DNA of 43,363 bases. Origin: Verrucomicrobiota bacterium. GTDB taxonomy: Bacteria > Verrucomicrobiota > Verrucomicrobiia > Verrucomicrobiales > DEV007. The DNA is taken from assembly GCA_045046875.1 (NCBI GenBank), contig JASFYY010000065.1, positions 1-43,363 on the forward strand. The letters are read 5' to 3'. The position numbers and the translations under genes were made by a program. The notes below the pieces were generated by a model that worked only from the letters and a program-made list of their open reading frames with translations, made no database searches and was not told the DNA's origin. This document shows, in pieces, positions 9,666 through 19,670 of the stretch. Position 1 is the first letter of the stretch; the number at the start of each line of letters is the position of its first letter.

Positions 9666-10700
9666 TCAAACCCGAACGCCGGAAGTGCTGCTACCAGCTT
9701 TAACTAAAGGGAGTCTTTTTTTCCAAAACTCGATCTGCTGAATTTGTGCTTTCTCAGAAATGATGAGGGCACGCCTCCTCGCTTGATTCGCCATTTCCAA
9801 AATCCGACTGCGATCAGCCATGAGCATTTCAAGACAATCGATCCATTCACCGGGCTGGGCAAAAAAACAATCTCCCAGCTGAAGCCTATCGGCAAAAGGT
9901 GCATTTGTGGAAATAATTGAAGCCGCCCCTACCACTGCGTGCTCAAGAAACTTGTTAATCGACCGGCTTTGATTCACTTCACTATCCAGTAAAGGATAAA
10001 GAGCCAAATCAAATTGTCGAGATCCGACCCATGAGCGATATTCGTTCCATGACATGGGATTGATATTCTCAACCTGATGCAAGCGCTTAATCCATGTCGG
10101 CCTATTTTTGCCAAATAAAACCGTTAGTCTGACATCCTGATGCCTTGAAAAAAAATCCACTAACTCTGCTGAAATGGATTCAAGGTCAGCAATATGAGAG
10201 CGACTGCAAAGCCATGCGATTTTCAAGGGTGATTGATGGTTTGAAGGGCGCTGGATCGTATCAGAAGGAATCGACCACAGGGGATCCAATTGAGTCACCA
10301 TCTCAAACTCATAGCACTGCATTTTTTCCAAAAGAGCATTACTCGAAACCACCACTTCGTCGATGAGTTCTTTCAGCTCTTGCCAGAGACCCGAAACAAA
10401 CCCCTCAATTCTACCTCGATAATCCTCTGGAAGCTGCAAGTCATTTACAATGGCTCCCAGATCATCATCTATCAGATAGATCACCCGACCTCCCTCAGCT
10501 CGAATCGTCCGGGCAAGGTCAACTTCTGCATCAGTGGCGTAACGAATGATAAGCAGTCGGTCATCAAATCGGAAGCTAAACGGCCCGGCCCGACAATTTT
10601 CCCAATCACTGCATAAACCTTCAGTATTCAAGCAATCCTGCAAATACAGACTGGTCGTGGGAAGATCCCTGTATGGAGCGTTATTTGACTGCTGAATCAT
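9666..10700 (-). CDS. GT-B fold glycosyltransferase-like protein
   Basis: IIRY, IYLIDDDL, DLALYPLLD..N.SRS.NKFLE. Likely start ATG at 10700; it ends 3 nt before kpsC. Confidence 0.7.
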   Translation of the reverse strand: MIQQSNNAPYRDLPTTSLYLQDCLNTEGLCSDWENCRAGPFSFRFDDRLLIIRYATDAEVDLARTIRAEGGRVIYLIDDDLGAIVNDLQLPEDYRGRIEGFVSGLWQELKELIDEVVVSSNALLEKMQCYEFEMVTQLDPLWSIPSDTIQRPSNHQSPLKIAWLCSRSHIADLESISAELVDFFSRHQDVRLTVLFGKNRPTWIKRLHQVENINPMSWNEYRSWVGSRQFDLALYPLLDSEVNQSRSINKFLEHAVVGAASIISTNAPFADRLQLGDCFFAQPGEWIDCLEMLMADRSRILEMANQARRRALIISEKAQIQQIEFWKKRLPLVKAGSSTSGVRV

Positions 10701-11571
10701 CGTGCCCCTGTCCCTCTTTTGCCAGACTCCGCCGCAACCTTGCCAGCTTTTTTTTAAAAGTCGTCGCAGGCCGACCTTTGGCCAGCGATGTCTGCTCACG
10801 AAGATAGGCTTCGTGACCCGCCCGGTCAGCGGGATAAGCATAATCCCTAAGCGTCTCCCCGCAAAAAGACAGCACCTTATCCTGTTCCCTAGGTTTCAAT
10901 CGCTCCAGATAGCGCAAATTCATTGGCCAGACTTTCGGCTCGGCAGGCCACACCTCAAATTGAGGAGCTTCGACAAAGTCGAGAATTCCGGCAAGCACTG
11001 ATTCCGGGGAAACCGTCAGATCCTCGTAGCAAACCTGACGGATCTTCTCTGGCCACTGCCGGGAAACCAGCTGTGCTGCCTGAACCGCTTCCAGCCAAAT
11101 ATTGGCAGCACCACGAATATTCTGAGGTCCCACGGTGCTTCCCTCCTTAATGCTAGCCACGACATTCAAAGGACTGCGGTAAAGGTGTATAATCCGCGCT
11201 TCAGGATAATCGCTCAACAGTCGCAACAAGCCGGCTGAATGTTGCGGGGTTTTCTCAAACCATCGACCGCCTGAATTTCCTTTCTTAACCAAAAATTGCT
11301 CCATATACGAATCCTGAAGCTGCCTGCGGTTTTTGGCCTTGCGGTAAATTTTCCAGAACTCGTCATTGGAAAAACCGTCCTTTTCCCGGTGCTCGCAGAG
11401 CACTGCATTGCGACGGTAGGTTCTGGTATAGGCCTTGGTTCCAAAAGGATCGCTCCAGCGATAAAACGACGTTTCTTCAGGACACTCCAGTAAAGGGTGC
11501 TGGCGTAGCAGGTCCCGCAGCAAAGTTGTCCCTGAGCGAGGTGCCCCAATAATAAAAAACGGATCGTTCAT
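10681..11571 (-). CDS. Sulfotransferase (Sulfotransfer_3-like)
   Basis: FIIGAPRSGTTLL, WFEKTP, IHLYRSPLNVVAS, YEDL. ATGA overlap with the upstream GT. Confidence 0.9.
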   Translation of the reverse strand: MNDPFFIIGAPRSGTTLLRDLLRQHPLLECPEETSFYRWSDPFGTKAYTRTYRRNAVLCEHREKDGFSNDEFWKIYRKAKNRRQLQDSYMEQFLVKKGNSGGRWFEKTPQHSAGLLRLLSDYPEARIIHLYRSPLNVVASIKEGSTVGPQNIRGAANIWLEAVQAAQLVSRQWPEKIRQVCYEDLTVSPESVLAGILDFVEAPQFEVWPAEPKVWPMNLRYLERLKPREQDKVLSFCGETLRDYAYPADRAGHEAYLREQTSLAKGRPATTFKKKLARLRRSLAKEGQGHDDSAVK

Positions 11572-14093
11572 ACGGCTCTCTTGCGCTTGAATGGCTCAGT
11601 ATCCACTACAGACTCATCGCTGAATGCAGCTATTTCGCTAGCCAAAGCTACAGGATCATCAGCCAAAGCCAAAGGTATCACTTTCCCCTTGGCGTATTTT
11701 TTAATTCGTTCAGCATGGGCGCCAATATCAAAACTGATGAGCGGCATCGCAAGCGTCATCAACTCGTCAGCGACGAAGTTATAAGTTTCCGGCCAAATGG
11801 ATGAAATGAGACAGACCGAAACCTTGTAGCGCTCCAGCAACCCTCTCAGTTCCTCACGTTCATAACTCCCATGCACACAAAGCCCAGGCAGTGATTCAAA
11901 ACCAGGCGCGAGTTTTCCAATCACCACCACTCGACAGCTCCCCTCGCGAGCCAACTCGACAATCACCGAAGCCCCCTTGGCCTGCCCGATGCTCCCGACC
12001 ACTGCCACAACCAACTGCTCCGATTCGACTGCCTCTGGAAAAGTGACCGGATTGGAATAAAAATGCTGCCCGTGAGGTTCTGTGTGCAAGCAGTCTGAAA
12101 TTTCGGGAAACACTTTTAAAATCAAATCCGCTGATTCCGTCGAAAATGCCCTGATCCTGTCCGCCGCCTCAAACACCCGGCGCCATGCATTTCGCCAACC
12201 GTTGATGTCCGTGATTCTCACATCCAGCGCATGAATGTTCGATTTTAGGCATTCCTGACATACCGATTCGTCCGGGATATTGCAGAATTTTCCATCCTTA
12301 CTAATCAGATTGTGGGAAGGGCAAATCCCATGGTAATCGTGCAGAAAAACCTCCATCGATACCTCCGGGGAAGATGCGGCCAAATCCCGTATCTGCCGCA
12401 ACAGCAAAATAGGATGGGGGGAAAATGCGATGCTATTCAGCAGAATTTTGTGCAGATTCAGAGATCGAATCACATGAAAACAATCCAACTCGTCCGTAAA
12501 TGAAATGGTTCCCGACCACCGCGGATGGTGGGCCTTTAATCGGATAACACCACCCCTGCGCTCATGAGTGATACTTACAGGAAAATATCCTCCGTCCTGC
12601 TCTTCGGCAATGCGGCGCTGACAAAACAAATTGGCTCCCCCTCCCTCCTGGTGATCAAAAACAACACACGCGCCCTTTGAACATTGCCATGACAAAATTT
12701 GCAATAGAGCGACTTCGCGATGTCGCCGTAAAGGGTCACTCTTAACGAAGCTCTGCACTTCATGATGATAAGTTGGATGCTTACGCCCCATTAATTTTAG
12801 ATGCGCGTTCAGCAAATTCTCTTTTTCTGCAGGAGCGTAGCTCCCCCCATGCTTGTGATACACATATAGATTTAAAACCGGTAGATTTCGATAACCCATT
12901 TTAATCGCCCGCTGACACCAATCGTTTTCCTCGCCGTAGCCCCGTCCAAAACTCGCTTCGTCAAATACCCCGACTTCACGAATTGCCTGCAGCGACATTC
13001 CCATGCAGAATCCAATCCCGGAAGGCAACTCGGGAACTGGCTCCACAGGGCGAAGCTTCTGAAATTGCTCATCAATTTTTCCTACCGGCAAGTCGTTGAA
13101 CACATCATTGTCGACCAGCCATTCAGGAAAACTAAGAATCGTGCCGGCATTGGTGAAAGGCGTAGTGGTAGCAACGGAAGGGTCTCGCCGGATCGGTTCA
13201 AGCAAGCGCCCCACCCAACCGTCCGGAACATCCACATCCGTGTTCAGCACAACGCAATCATCCGTAACCCGCCGTAAGCCCTTGTTGACGGTTTTGACAA
13301 AACCTAGATTTTTTTTATTGCGAATCAATTCAACCCGCGAGTGCTGCTCGGCAATTTCGTCCAGCAGACTAATAACTGCAGGATCCGAGCTGCCGTCATC
13401 GATCAGAATAAGGCGGTTGATGTCTGCATCTTCACACAATTTGGGCAACAACGTGGTCAGATAATTCAAGCCGTTATAAATAGGAACGATCACCTGACCC
13501 GAAGTGGAACCGGCTTGGCAGTTTCTTAACAAAACTGCCGCCGCCGAAGAAACAACTTGGGATTTTCCAATTTTGTTTCTAAAAATTTGCTTGAAAGGCT
13601 TGGCCCAGGAATAATAACGGTGCCCCAGATTGCTCCAGAACCGATCTCTCAACTCACCACTGGTTTCGCCGCGATCCTTTACGAACATTGAACGGGCATT
13701 ATCAAAAACGATTTCGAATGCCAGCGACCTAAACCATGTAGGGATTTCCACCGTAAAGGAAAAACCTGACAACAGAGCGTCCCGCCCCCCCCCAAAACGC
13801 GCTTGAATGTCGCCCCTTTCCACGCCTGTTCGAAGTGAAATAACCCGCGATGCCCACGGATCGGAAAAACGAATTTCCTCAATGATAGCACCCGGGCAAT
13901 AAGCCCACCCGGAGACACAAATTTCCCGCCGCATGACCTTGAAGGTTTCGACATAAATATGGCCAAAGGGCTTGCAGTCAGCGGCATCCCTGCGGAAAGA
14001 AACAGAAATACTATTCTCTGGCCCGACTAGTGAAGACAAAATTGGCTCGGCTCTCATTTCTTGGCTGGCTCTGTGAGTCGAATGCGTTTCCAT
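11568..14093 (-). CDS. Bifunctional GT2 + GT4-like glycosyltransferase (candidate polymerase)
   Basis: GT2 motifs VIVPIYNG, DDGSSD, NLGFVKTVN, LNTD, FGRGYGEENDWC. GT-B motifs HDYH..CP, KGA, SIWPETY. Start uncertain (14108, 14093 or 14057). Confidence 0.9.
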   Translation of the reverse strand: METHSTHRASQEMRAEPILSSLVGPENSISVSFRRDAADCKPFGHIYVETFKVMRREICVSGWAYCPGAIIEEIRFSDPWASRVISLRTGVERGDIQARFGGGRDALLSGFSFTVEIPTWFRSLAFEIVFDNARSMFVKDRGETSGELRDRFWSNLGHRYYSWAKPFKQIFRNKIGKSQVVSSAAAVLLRNCQAGSTSGQVIVPIYNGLNYLTTLLPKLCEDADINRLILIDDGSSDPAVISLLDEIAEQHSRVELIRNKKNLGFVKTVNKGLRRVTDDCVVLNTDVDVPDGWVGRLLEPIRRDPSVATTTPFTNAGTILSFPEWLVDNDVFNDLPVGKIDEQFQKLRPVEPVPELPSGIGFCMGMSLQAIREVGVFDEASFGRGYGEENDWCQRAIKMGYRNLPVLNLYVYHKHGGSYAPAEKENLLNAHLKLMGRKHPTYHHEVQSFVKSDPLRRHREVALLQILSWQCSKGACVVFDHQEGGGANLFCQRRIAEEQDGGYFPVSITHERRGGVIRLKAHHPRWSGTISFTDELDCFHVIRSLNLHKILLNSIAFSPHPILLLRQIRDLAASSPEVSMEVFLHDYHGICPSHNLISKDGKFCNIPDESVCQECLKSNIHALDVRITDINGWRNAWRRVFEAADRIRAFSTESADLILKVFPEISDCLHTEPHGQHFYSNPVTFPEAVESEQLVVAVVGSIGQAKGASVIVELAREGSCRVVVIGKLAPGFESLPGLCVHGSYEREELRGLLERYKVSVCLISSIWPETYNFVADELMTLAMPLISFDIGAHAERIKKYAKGKVIPLALADDPVALASEIAAFSDESVVDTEPFKRKRAV
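13785..13793. repeat. C9 (G9 on coding strand) homopolymer in the GT2/GT4 gene
   Basis: Sequence cccg-ccccccccc-aaaa, giving three GGG codons in ARFGGGRD. Confidence 0.9.
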
Positions 14094-14178
14094 AAAAGTT
14101 TCGAACAAAAAATACTCCTACCTGAATTTATATTACCTTTTCCCTCGGGAATCAGCTACGCTATTCAGTTGGCGCTCC

Positions 14179-14267
14179 TTGACATGCTCACACAGACCTT
14201 GCTACTTTCATTGACATACCTGTTTTTTCCAGCCACTTTTTGACTTAATCTATGCTACCCCCAAACT
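14179..14267 (+). promoter_or_regulatory. Tandem sigma70-like promoter motifs upstream of the kpsS-D-M-T-E operon
   Basis: TTGACA (14179) with TGcTACTTT (14200-14208); TTGACA (14211) with CACTTT (14234); TTGACT (14240). Confidence 0.4.
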
Positions 14268-14314
14268 GCTCTGGCCTGCTGAGAAAATTACATGATTTGC
14301 TATTTTACGCCTAG

Positions 14315-15655
14315 ATGACGCATCAAATCGAATTAGATTTTTCAAAGGATCCTGAACTGGAACCTGAAATCAGGCAAACTGACAATTTAAAATCAAGCAG
14401 CCCCGACAATAACTCCGAGCCAGCTCTGCGCACCGTCCTATTCCTCCAGACCGATTGGGAGATGGGTTCGTGCCGACTGGCCCGCCAAATGCGGTCACAC
14501 GGACACGAGGTGTTCAAAGTAGCGTTCCACAGCGCCGATTATTACTTTCGACTCTGGGCCGTGCCTGTCAGCCCCTATCGCGGAAAGGTTGAAACCTGGA
14601 AAAACTGGCTCAAAGCCCATAGCGAGGAAAATGGAATCGATACCTACGTTTTATACAATAACAAAAGAACCTACAATGCGATCGCCGAAGAGCTGGCAGA
14701 CGAACTCGGGATCGAAGTCATCACCCTCGAGCAGGGCCTAATTCGCCCTCTTCATGTGACGGCCTACTCGACGAAGCAGCAACCATTAGAGGAAATCCCC
14801 GAACTCTGGCAGCGAAGCTTGTCAGGCAATTGGATTCCAGAAGGTTACCCCACCATTCCTCACCAGAAAGTGCCCGTTTCAAGTGCCTATAAGTTCTTGC
14901 GTTTTGGGTTTTTCGGAATGATCTCGGCACTGACCCGCCCACTTTTCCCCAATTATCGAGAACAACAACAAATGGGGCTGCTGTTTCATGCCAAAGCTCA
15001 ATTGAGAAGCTTATGGAGGCTTTTGAAATCAGCCTCCAATGATCGGAAAATTCAATCCCTGATTTCAAAAGACTGGGAACGGGATTTTTTCCTCGTTCCG
15101 CTGCAGGTTCCTTACGACAAGCAGATTTTGCTGCACTCTGAGTTTTCTGACATGAATGAATTCATCAACAAAGTGGCCGAATCATTTGAGCGTGAAGCTG
15201 GCAGCAATCAAAAATTGATTTTTAAAATCCACCCAGTGGATCGAGGCTATCGCGATTACACCGCCACCATCACAGAGTTGAAGCAGCGACTAGGAAATGA
15301 TCGCATCCACTTGATTGACCGGGTCAATCTCGACCAGTTACTGGAAAATGCACAAGGAGTCGTCACGATCAACAGCACGCTGGGACTCACCGCCTTACGG
15401 CACGGCACCCCTGTCAAAGCTCTTGGGCAAGCGATCTACGACCTGAAAGAACTGACCTTCCGCTCTAGTCTGGACAACTTTTGGAAATCGAAAAATCGCC
15501 CCTGCATGGACACCGTACAATTATTCGTAAAAGTATTGGAATCCACCATTCAGGGACGAGGAACGCTTTCCCGCAGATGTTTTACGGACGCCGAAGAAAC
15601 AGGGATTATTTGGCCAAAGAATATTTGTAATATATTTGATTTCCGTGAATACTGA
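14315..15655 (+). CDS. kpsS: Capsule beta-Kdo transferase KpsS
   Basis: LFLQ, LEQGLIRP, VPLQVPYDKQI..HS, KIHPVDRG, VTINSTLGL.AL, LGQAIYD. Confidence 0.9.
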   Translation: MTHQIELDFSKDPELEPEIRQTDNLKSSSPDNNSEPALRTVLFLQTDWEMGSCRLARQMRSHGHEVFKVAFHSADYYFRLWAVPVSPYRGKVETWKNWLKAHSEENGIDTYVLYNNKRTYNAIAEELADELGIEVITLEQGLIRPLHVTAYSTKQQPLEEIPELWQRSLSGNWIPEGYPTIPHQKVPVSSAYKFLRFGFFGMISALTRPLFPNYREQQQMGLLFHAKAQLRSLWRLLKSASNDRKIQSLISKDWERDFFLVPLQVPYDKQILLHSEFSDMNEFINKVAESFEREAGSNQKLIFKIHPVDRGYRDYTATITELKQRLGNDRIHLIDRVNLDQLLENAQGVVTINSTLGLTALRHGTPVKALGQAIYDLKELTFRSSLDNFWKSKNRPCMDTVQLFVKVLESTIQGRGTLSRRCFTDAEETGIIWPKNICNIFDFREY

Positions 15656-15683
15656 AGCCTTTCAAAGCAATATCAAATTTACT

Positions 15684-16772
15684 ATGTCAAAATTGACCCG
15701 AACTCTTGTTGCCACGACACTGATCACTCTCACGGGAGTCCTGTTGTCCGGATGCAGCAGTATGAGCGGCCAAGGGCCTAGTGCTTCAGCTATTCGTTCA
15801 AAAAATTCCGGATACCAACTGATTGAAATTCAATCTGTCAGCCAAATCCCGGTGGCGAACAATACCTTTGCGTCAGCCAGTTCTCCCCCTCGCCATCCCG
15901 ACCGTAGTTACCTTGAGACCCTGACTCCACGCGACCAGTTACAAGTCCTCATTACTGACGCCTCTTCCACCAGCAGTCCCTTTTACCGTCCAGGAGCCTC
16001 TTACACTTATGGACCAGTCGAAGTCCCAAACTCCGGCAAGATAAAATTTCCCTATATTGGAGAAGTGGATGTGCTTAACAAAAGCCTCGCTGATGTCTCC
16101 AGAGAGGTCAGCGTGAAAGTGAAGGAGGTATCCGCCAGTGCGGAAGTCACCATTACCCGACCGTTCCGCCTGCAAAAACGAGCCAATATCCTTGGGGATG
16201 TTCGCTTGCCGGGACCGGTGGAAATTGATCGCAAAAGATTCACGGTGCTTGATGTGCTGGCCGCTGCCGGGGGCACCAATGGCCAGGCCCACAATTATAT
16301 TTACTCCCTGATGCGGGACAATAAGGAATACCAATACGACTCCCTCGCTCTCCGCAAAAAACCGTTTCTGGTCGAAGACGGGGATTTAATCCGAGTCACC
16401 AAAAACCCACGCCGGGTTATTTTTGTGAGCGGCGCTGTCAACCGACCGGGCAAATTTGAATTCCCCAACGAAGCCCCAACCCTGGCAGATGCCTTAGCCT
16501 ATGGTGCAGGCCTCAACGAACACAAATCCGATCCCGAAGGAGTTTTCGTATTTCGCAACCGCGGTAATAAGGTTGAAACTGCCTACGCAATCGATATGAA
16601 TAAAGCCAATGCAGCCTACCTGGCCAGCCGCTTTCCGATCGAGGGCGGTGACACCATTTATGTCAGCGAAGCCCCTCTCACCCATTGGAACCGCTTCATA
16701 GGAACAGTGCTGCCATTCGGACAAGCTGCTAAGATGGGGGCAACCGCCACCACAGGTATCCCCATTCCCTGA
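15684..16772 (+). CDS. kpsD: Outer-membrane polysaccharide export lipoprotein (KpsD/CtrA/Wza family)
   Basis: Lipobox LLSGC after the ATG at 15684; Poly_export motif G.IKFPYIGEV; SLBB repeats (LGDV..PG, SGAV..PG); GVFVFR; D.IYVSEAP. Confidence 0.88.
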   Translation: MSKLTRTLVATTLITLTGVLLSGCSSMSGQGPSASAIRSKNSGYQLIEIQSVSQIPVANNTFASASSPPRHPDRSYLETLTPRDQLQVLITDASSTSSPFYRPGASYTYGPVEVPNSGKIKFPYIGEVDVLNKSLADVSREVSVKVKEVSASAEVTITRPFRLQKRANILGDVRLPGPVEIDRKRFTVLDVLAAAGGTNGQAHNYIYSLMRDNKEYQYDSLALRKKPFLVEDGDLIRVTKNPRRVIFVSGAVNRPGKFEFPNEAPTLADALAYGAGLNEHKSDPEGVFVFRNRGNKVETAYAIDMNKANAAYLASRFPIEGGDTIYVSEAPLTHWNRFIGTVLPFGQAAKMGATATTGIPIP

Positions 16773-16807
16773 TCCGATCATCGCTTCATTTCCTCCAGTG
16801 ATTCACC

Positions 16808-17617
16808 ATGCCCTCGATCCCGATAAAACTGCCCGATCACTCCGCGTGGAAAACCCAGGTCTCGGTGATCTGGGCGCTCTATTTGCGTGAAACTCGGACC
16901 CGCTTCGGCAAGTATAACCTCGGCTTGATCTGGGCGCTTATCGAGCCGATGTCGATGATCGCAGTCAAAGCGGCCCTCTTCGGGTTTATTTTAAAAGTAA
17001 CCATTCCCTCCATTCCCTATCCCATATTTCTAGCAGCAGGCTTTATTCCCTTTCGTTTTTTTACCGGCATGGTCAACCGTAGCGTAACGGCTATTTCCTC
17101 GAATCAGGCTCTGCTCGTCTATCGGCAAATCAAACCTTTGGATCCTTTTATCGCCCGCCTGTTACAGGAAATCGTCGTATCAGTGCTGATCGGTGGAATC
17201 TTTCTCTTCGCTGCTGCCTGGCTTTTGGCTGCTCCCGATTTCAAACGTCCCTTGATGATCCTGATATCACTCACCTCCCTGATCATGATGTCCTCCGGCC
17301 TGGGGATTTTCCTGGGAGTGCTTGGCCACACACACAAAGAACTAGAGAAAATCGTGCCAATGCTGACAACTCCGCTGCTGCTCATTTCGTGTGTGCTTTA
17401 CCCCTTGAGTAGAGTTCCCTCCAACTACCAGTATTTATTCATCTGGAATCCTCTGGTGGTTATTTTTGAGAGCTTTCGAATGGGGCTTTATTCACATTAC
17501 CCCACACCTGATCTTCCGATTTTTTACCCACTCTGCTGCGGAATCGTCAGCCTGTGGATCGGTCTAGCCTACTACTACAAAAAGTTCGACATCCTCTACC
17601 TTCCTAGTCGCGTCTAA
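16808..17617 (+). CDS. kpsM: Capsule ABC transporter permease KpsM
   Basis: ALYLRETRTRFG...LG.IWALIEP, IKPLD...AR, WNPL...E.FR and about six TM helices. Confidence 0.93.
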   Translation: MPSIPIKLPDHSAWKTQVSVIWALYLRETRTRFGKYNLGLIWALIEPMSMIAVKAALFGFILKVTIPSIPYPIFLAAGFIPFRFFTGMVNRSVTAISSNQALLVYRQIKPLDPFIARLLQEIVVSVLIGGIFLFAAAWLLAAPDFKRPLMILISLTSLIMMSSGLGIFLGVLGHTHKELEKIVPMLTTPLLLISCVLYPLSRVPSNYQYLFIWNPLVVIFESFRMGLYSHYPTPDLPIFYPLCCGIVSLWIGLAYYYKKFDILYLPSRV

Positions 17618-17629
17618 AAACATCCCTTC

Positions 17630-18415
17630 ATGATTGTACTGGACCACGTTACCAAATACTATGACACGGATGAAGGACGGCGTTACATCCTGCGTGATGT
17701 GAGTTTCACTTTTCAACTAGGTAAACATTATGCGCTATTGGGGAAAAACGGCGCTGGGAAAAGCACCTTGATTCGTCTGCTTGCAGGCTCCGAAAAACCC
17801 AACTCAGGCGACATTTATCGGGAGGGTGACGTCTCGTGGCCGCTCGGCAACATTGGCGGATTCCAAGGCTCGATGACGGGATTGGAGAACTCGGAATTTG
17901 TCTGCCAGGTCCACGGGCTCGACGAGGACCAAACCCAGGCAGTCATTGATTTTGTCCGCCGCTTCAGCGAGCTCGAGTCTTACTTTTTCATGCCCGTTAA
18001 AACCTATTCCAGCGGCATGGCAGGCCGCCTGCGTTTTGGTCTGTCCCTGGCCTTCAAATTTGACTATTACCTGGTTGACGAACTGACCTCGGTCGGAGAT
18101 GTCGCCTTCCGCCAAAAAGCCACCGAGGAGTTCAAAAAGCTCCGTGAGCGCGCATCCCTCATTTTTGCCTCCCACAATCTCAATACAGTGGTCCAAAGTT
18201 GCGATGTTGCCCTCATCGTTTACAATGGACGCCTGCAATATTTTGATGATATCAAAGAAGCAATTGAAGCCTATAAAAACACTTTCAGTCTCCAGGGGCA
18301 GAAAGCTTTTGAGGGGAAAAAATCTTCAAACAAAGGGAACAAAGGGAAACGCCGAAATTTAAAACGCCGCAACAAAAAAAACAGCCGGGCTCAAAAAAAT
18401 GAGCCTCCTTTTTAA
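17630..18415 (+). CDS. kpsT: Capsule ABC transporter ATPase KpsT
   Basis: Walker A GKNGAGKST, VSWP, signature YSSGM, Walker B YYLVDE, VGD..F, SH; extra basic C-terminal tail. Confidence 0.95.
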   Translation: MIVLDHVTKYYDTDEGRRYILRDVSFTFQLGKHYALLGKNGAGKSTLIRLLAGSEKPNSGDIYREGDVSWPLGNIGGFQGSMTGLENSEFVCQVHGLDEDQTQAVIDFVRRFSELESYFFMPVKTYSSGMAGRLRFGLSLAFKFDYYLVDELTSVGDVAFRQKATEEFKKLRERASLIFASHNLNTVVQSCDVALIVYNGRLQYFDDIKEAIEAYKNTFSLQGQKAFEGKKSSNKGNKGKRRNLKRRNKKNSRAQKNEPPF

Positions 18416-18439
18416 ACTAAAATTTCGCACTTTAAATCC

Positions 18440-19660
18440 ATGCCCACCGAAAAAGAAACCGCCGAGCTGTCGCCACCGGAACCCAGCCCATTTACTCTTG
18501 CCGAGGAAGGCCAGGAATCCTCCCCAAGCACATCCACATCCTCCCAGTCACTTTCTCCTATTCAAGTCCGCAAACACAAGCGGAAAAAACGCATCAATCT
18601 GTGGCCGGCCGCCTATGTTATTTACCTCTTGACCGTAGCCACCTATTTTACTTTCATTTCAAAAGACCGTTATGTGAGCGAAGCGCGATTTGTGGTCACC
18701 CGTGGCGGAGAAACCGCCATCTCCGGTGGAGCGATGTCCCTCATGGTTGGCACCAGCCAGACACAACAGGATGCCTACACTGCTATCGCCTACCTCCTGT
18801 CTATCGACATGCTTCGCTGGCTCGAAAAGGACGGCGATATTAACTTCAAGCAACACTTCAAAGACGCAGGGCTGGATATTTTTCATCAACTACCTGCAGA
18901 TGCGCAAATTGAGCAATCCCACAGATTCTACCAGAAACGGGTAACTGCCTTTTTTGATGATGTTGAAGGCATCGTCACTATGGACACTGAAGGTTTCAAC
19001 CCAGAATTTGCAGAGCACCTCGCTATCGCGATTCTAAAACGTTCCGAAGCATATCTCAACGAGTTGAATCGAGATATTGCCAATCAACGGTTGGTTTTTG
19101 TGATAGAGGAATTGGATTTGAGTGAGGACAAGCTGGATGAAGCACGCAAAAAACTGATCGCTTTTCAGAACGAAAAACTGATTGTCGATCCTGAAGCTGA
19201 CATCCAGGCGCGTCTCGGATTGATTCAGGAACTGAAAAAAGCCAAAGTCTTTAAACAGGCTGAACTGGTCCGCCTGACCCGGGAATCCCCACTGGCACCC
19301 CGCATCAAGGAACTGGCCGCAGAGATCTCCGCAATCGAAGACGAGATGACACGCGAATCAAATGAGCTCACCGGTGAAGGTCCTGACCAACTCAACCAAT
19401 TATTCGCCCAGTATTCGAAACTCCGCCAGGACATCACCTTTGCTACCGAACGTTATGGCCAAAGCCTACGCGTCGTTGAAGAAATGCGGGTTCAGACCCT
19501 TCAACAACACCGCTTTCTCTCTGTCGTGCAACAGCCCTTCCTTCCAGAAGATTCAGTTCGTCCACGACGACTCTACTGGAGCATCACCTTTGCCGTCCTG
19601 GGTATCATGCTGCTACAAATTTTCCGCTTGGTCATTCGCACAGTGGCTGATCACCGTTGA
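18440..19660 (+). CDS. kpsE: Polysaccharide co-polymerase KpsE (PCP-3)
   Basis: N-terminal TM, RYVSEARFVV, coiled coils, P.LPE...PRR, C-terminal TM ending DHR. Confidence 0.92.
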   Translation: MPTEKETAELSPPEPSPFTLAEEGQESSPSTSTSSQSLSPIQVRKHKRKKRINLWPAAYVIYLLTVATYFTFISKDRYVSEARFVVTRGGETAISGGAMSLMVGTSQTQQDAYTAIAYLLSIDMLRWLEKDGDINFKQHFKDAGLDIFHQLPADAQIEQSHRFYQKRVTAFFDDVEGIVTMDTEGFNPEFAEHLAIAILKRSEAYLNELNRDIANQRLVFVIEELDLSEDKLDEARKKLIAFQNEKLIVDPEADIQARLGLIQELKKAKVFKQAELVRLTRESPLAPRIKELAAEISAIEDEMTRESNELTGEGPDQLNQLFAQYSKLRQDITFATERYGQSLRVVEEMRVQTLQQHRFLSVVQQPFLPEDSVRPRRLYWSITFAVLGIMLLQIFRLVIRTVADHR

Positions 19661-19670
19661 AGCTGAAAGC

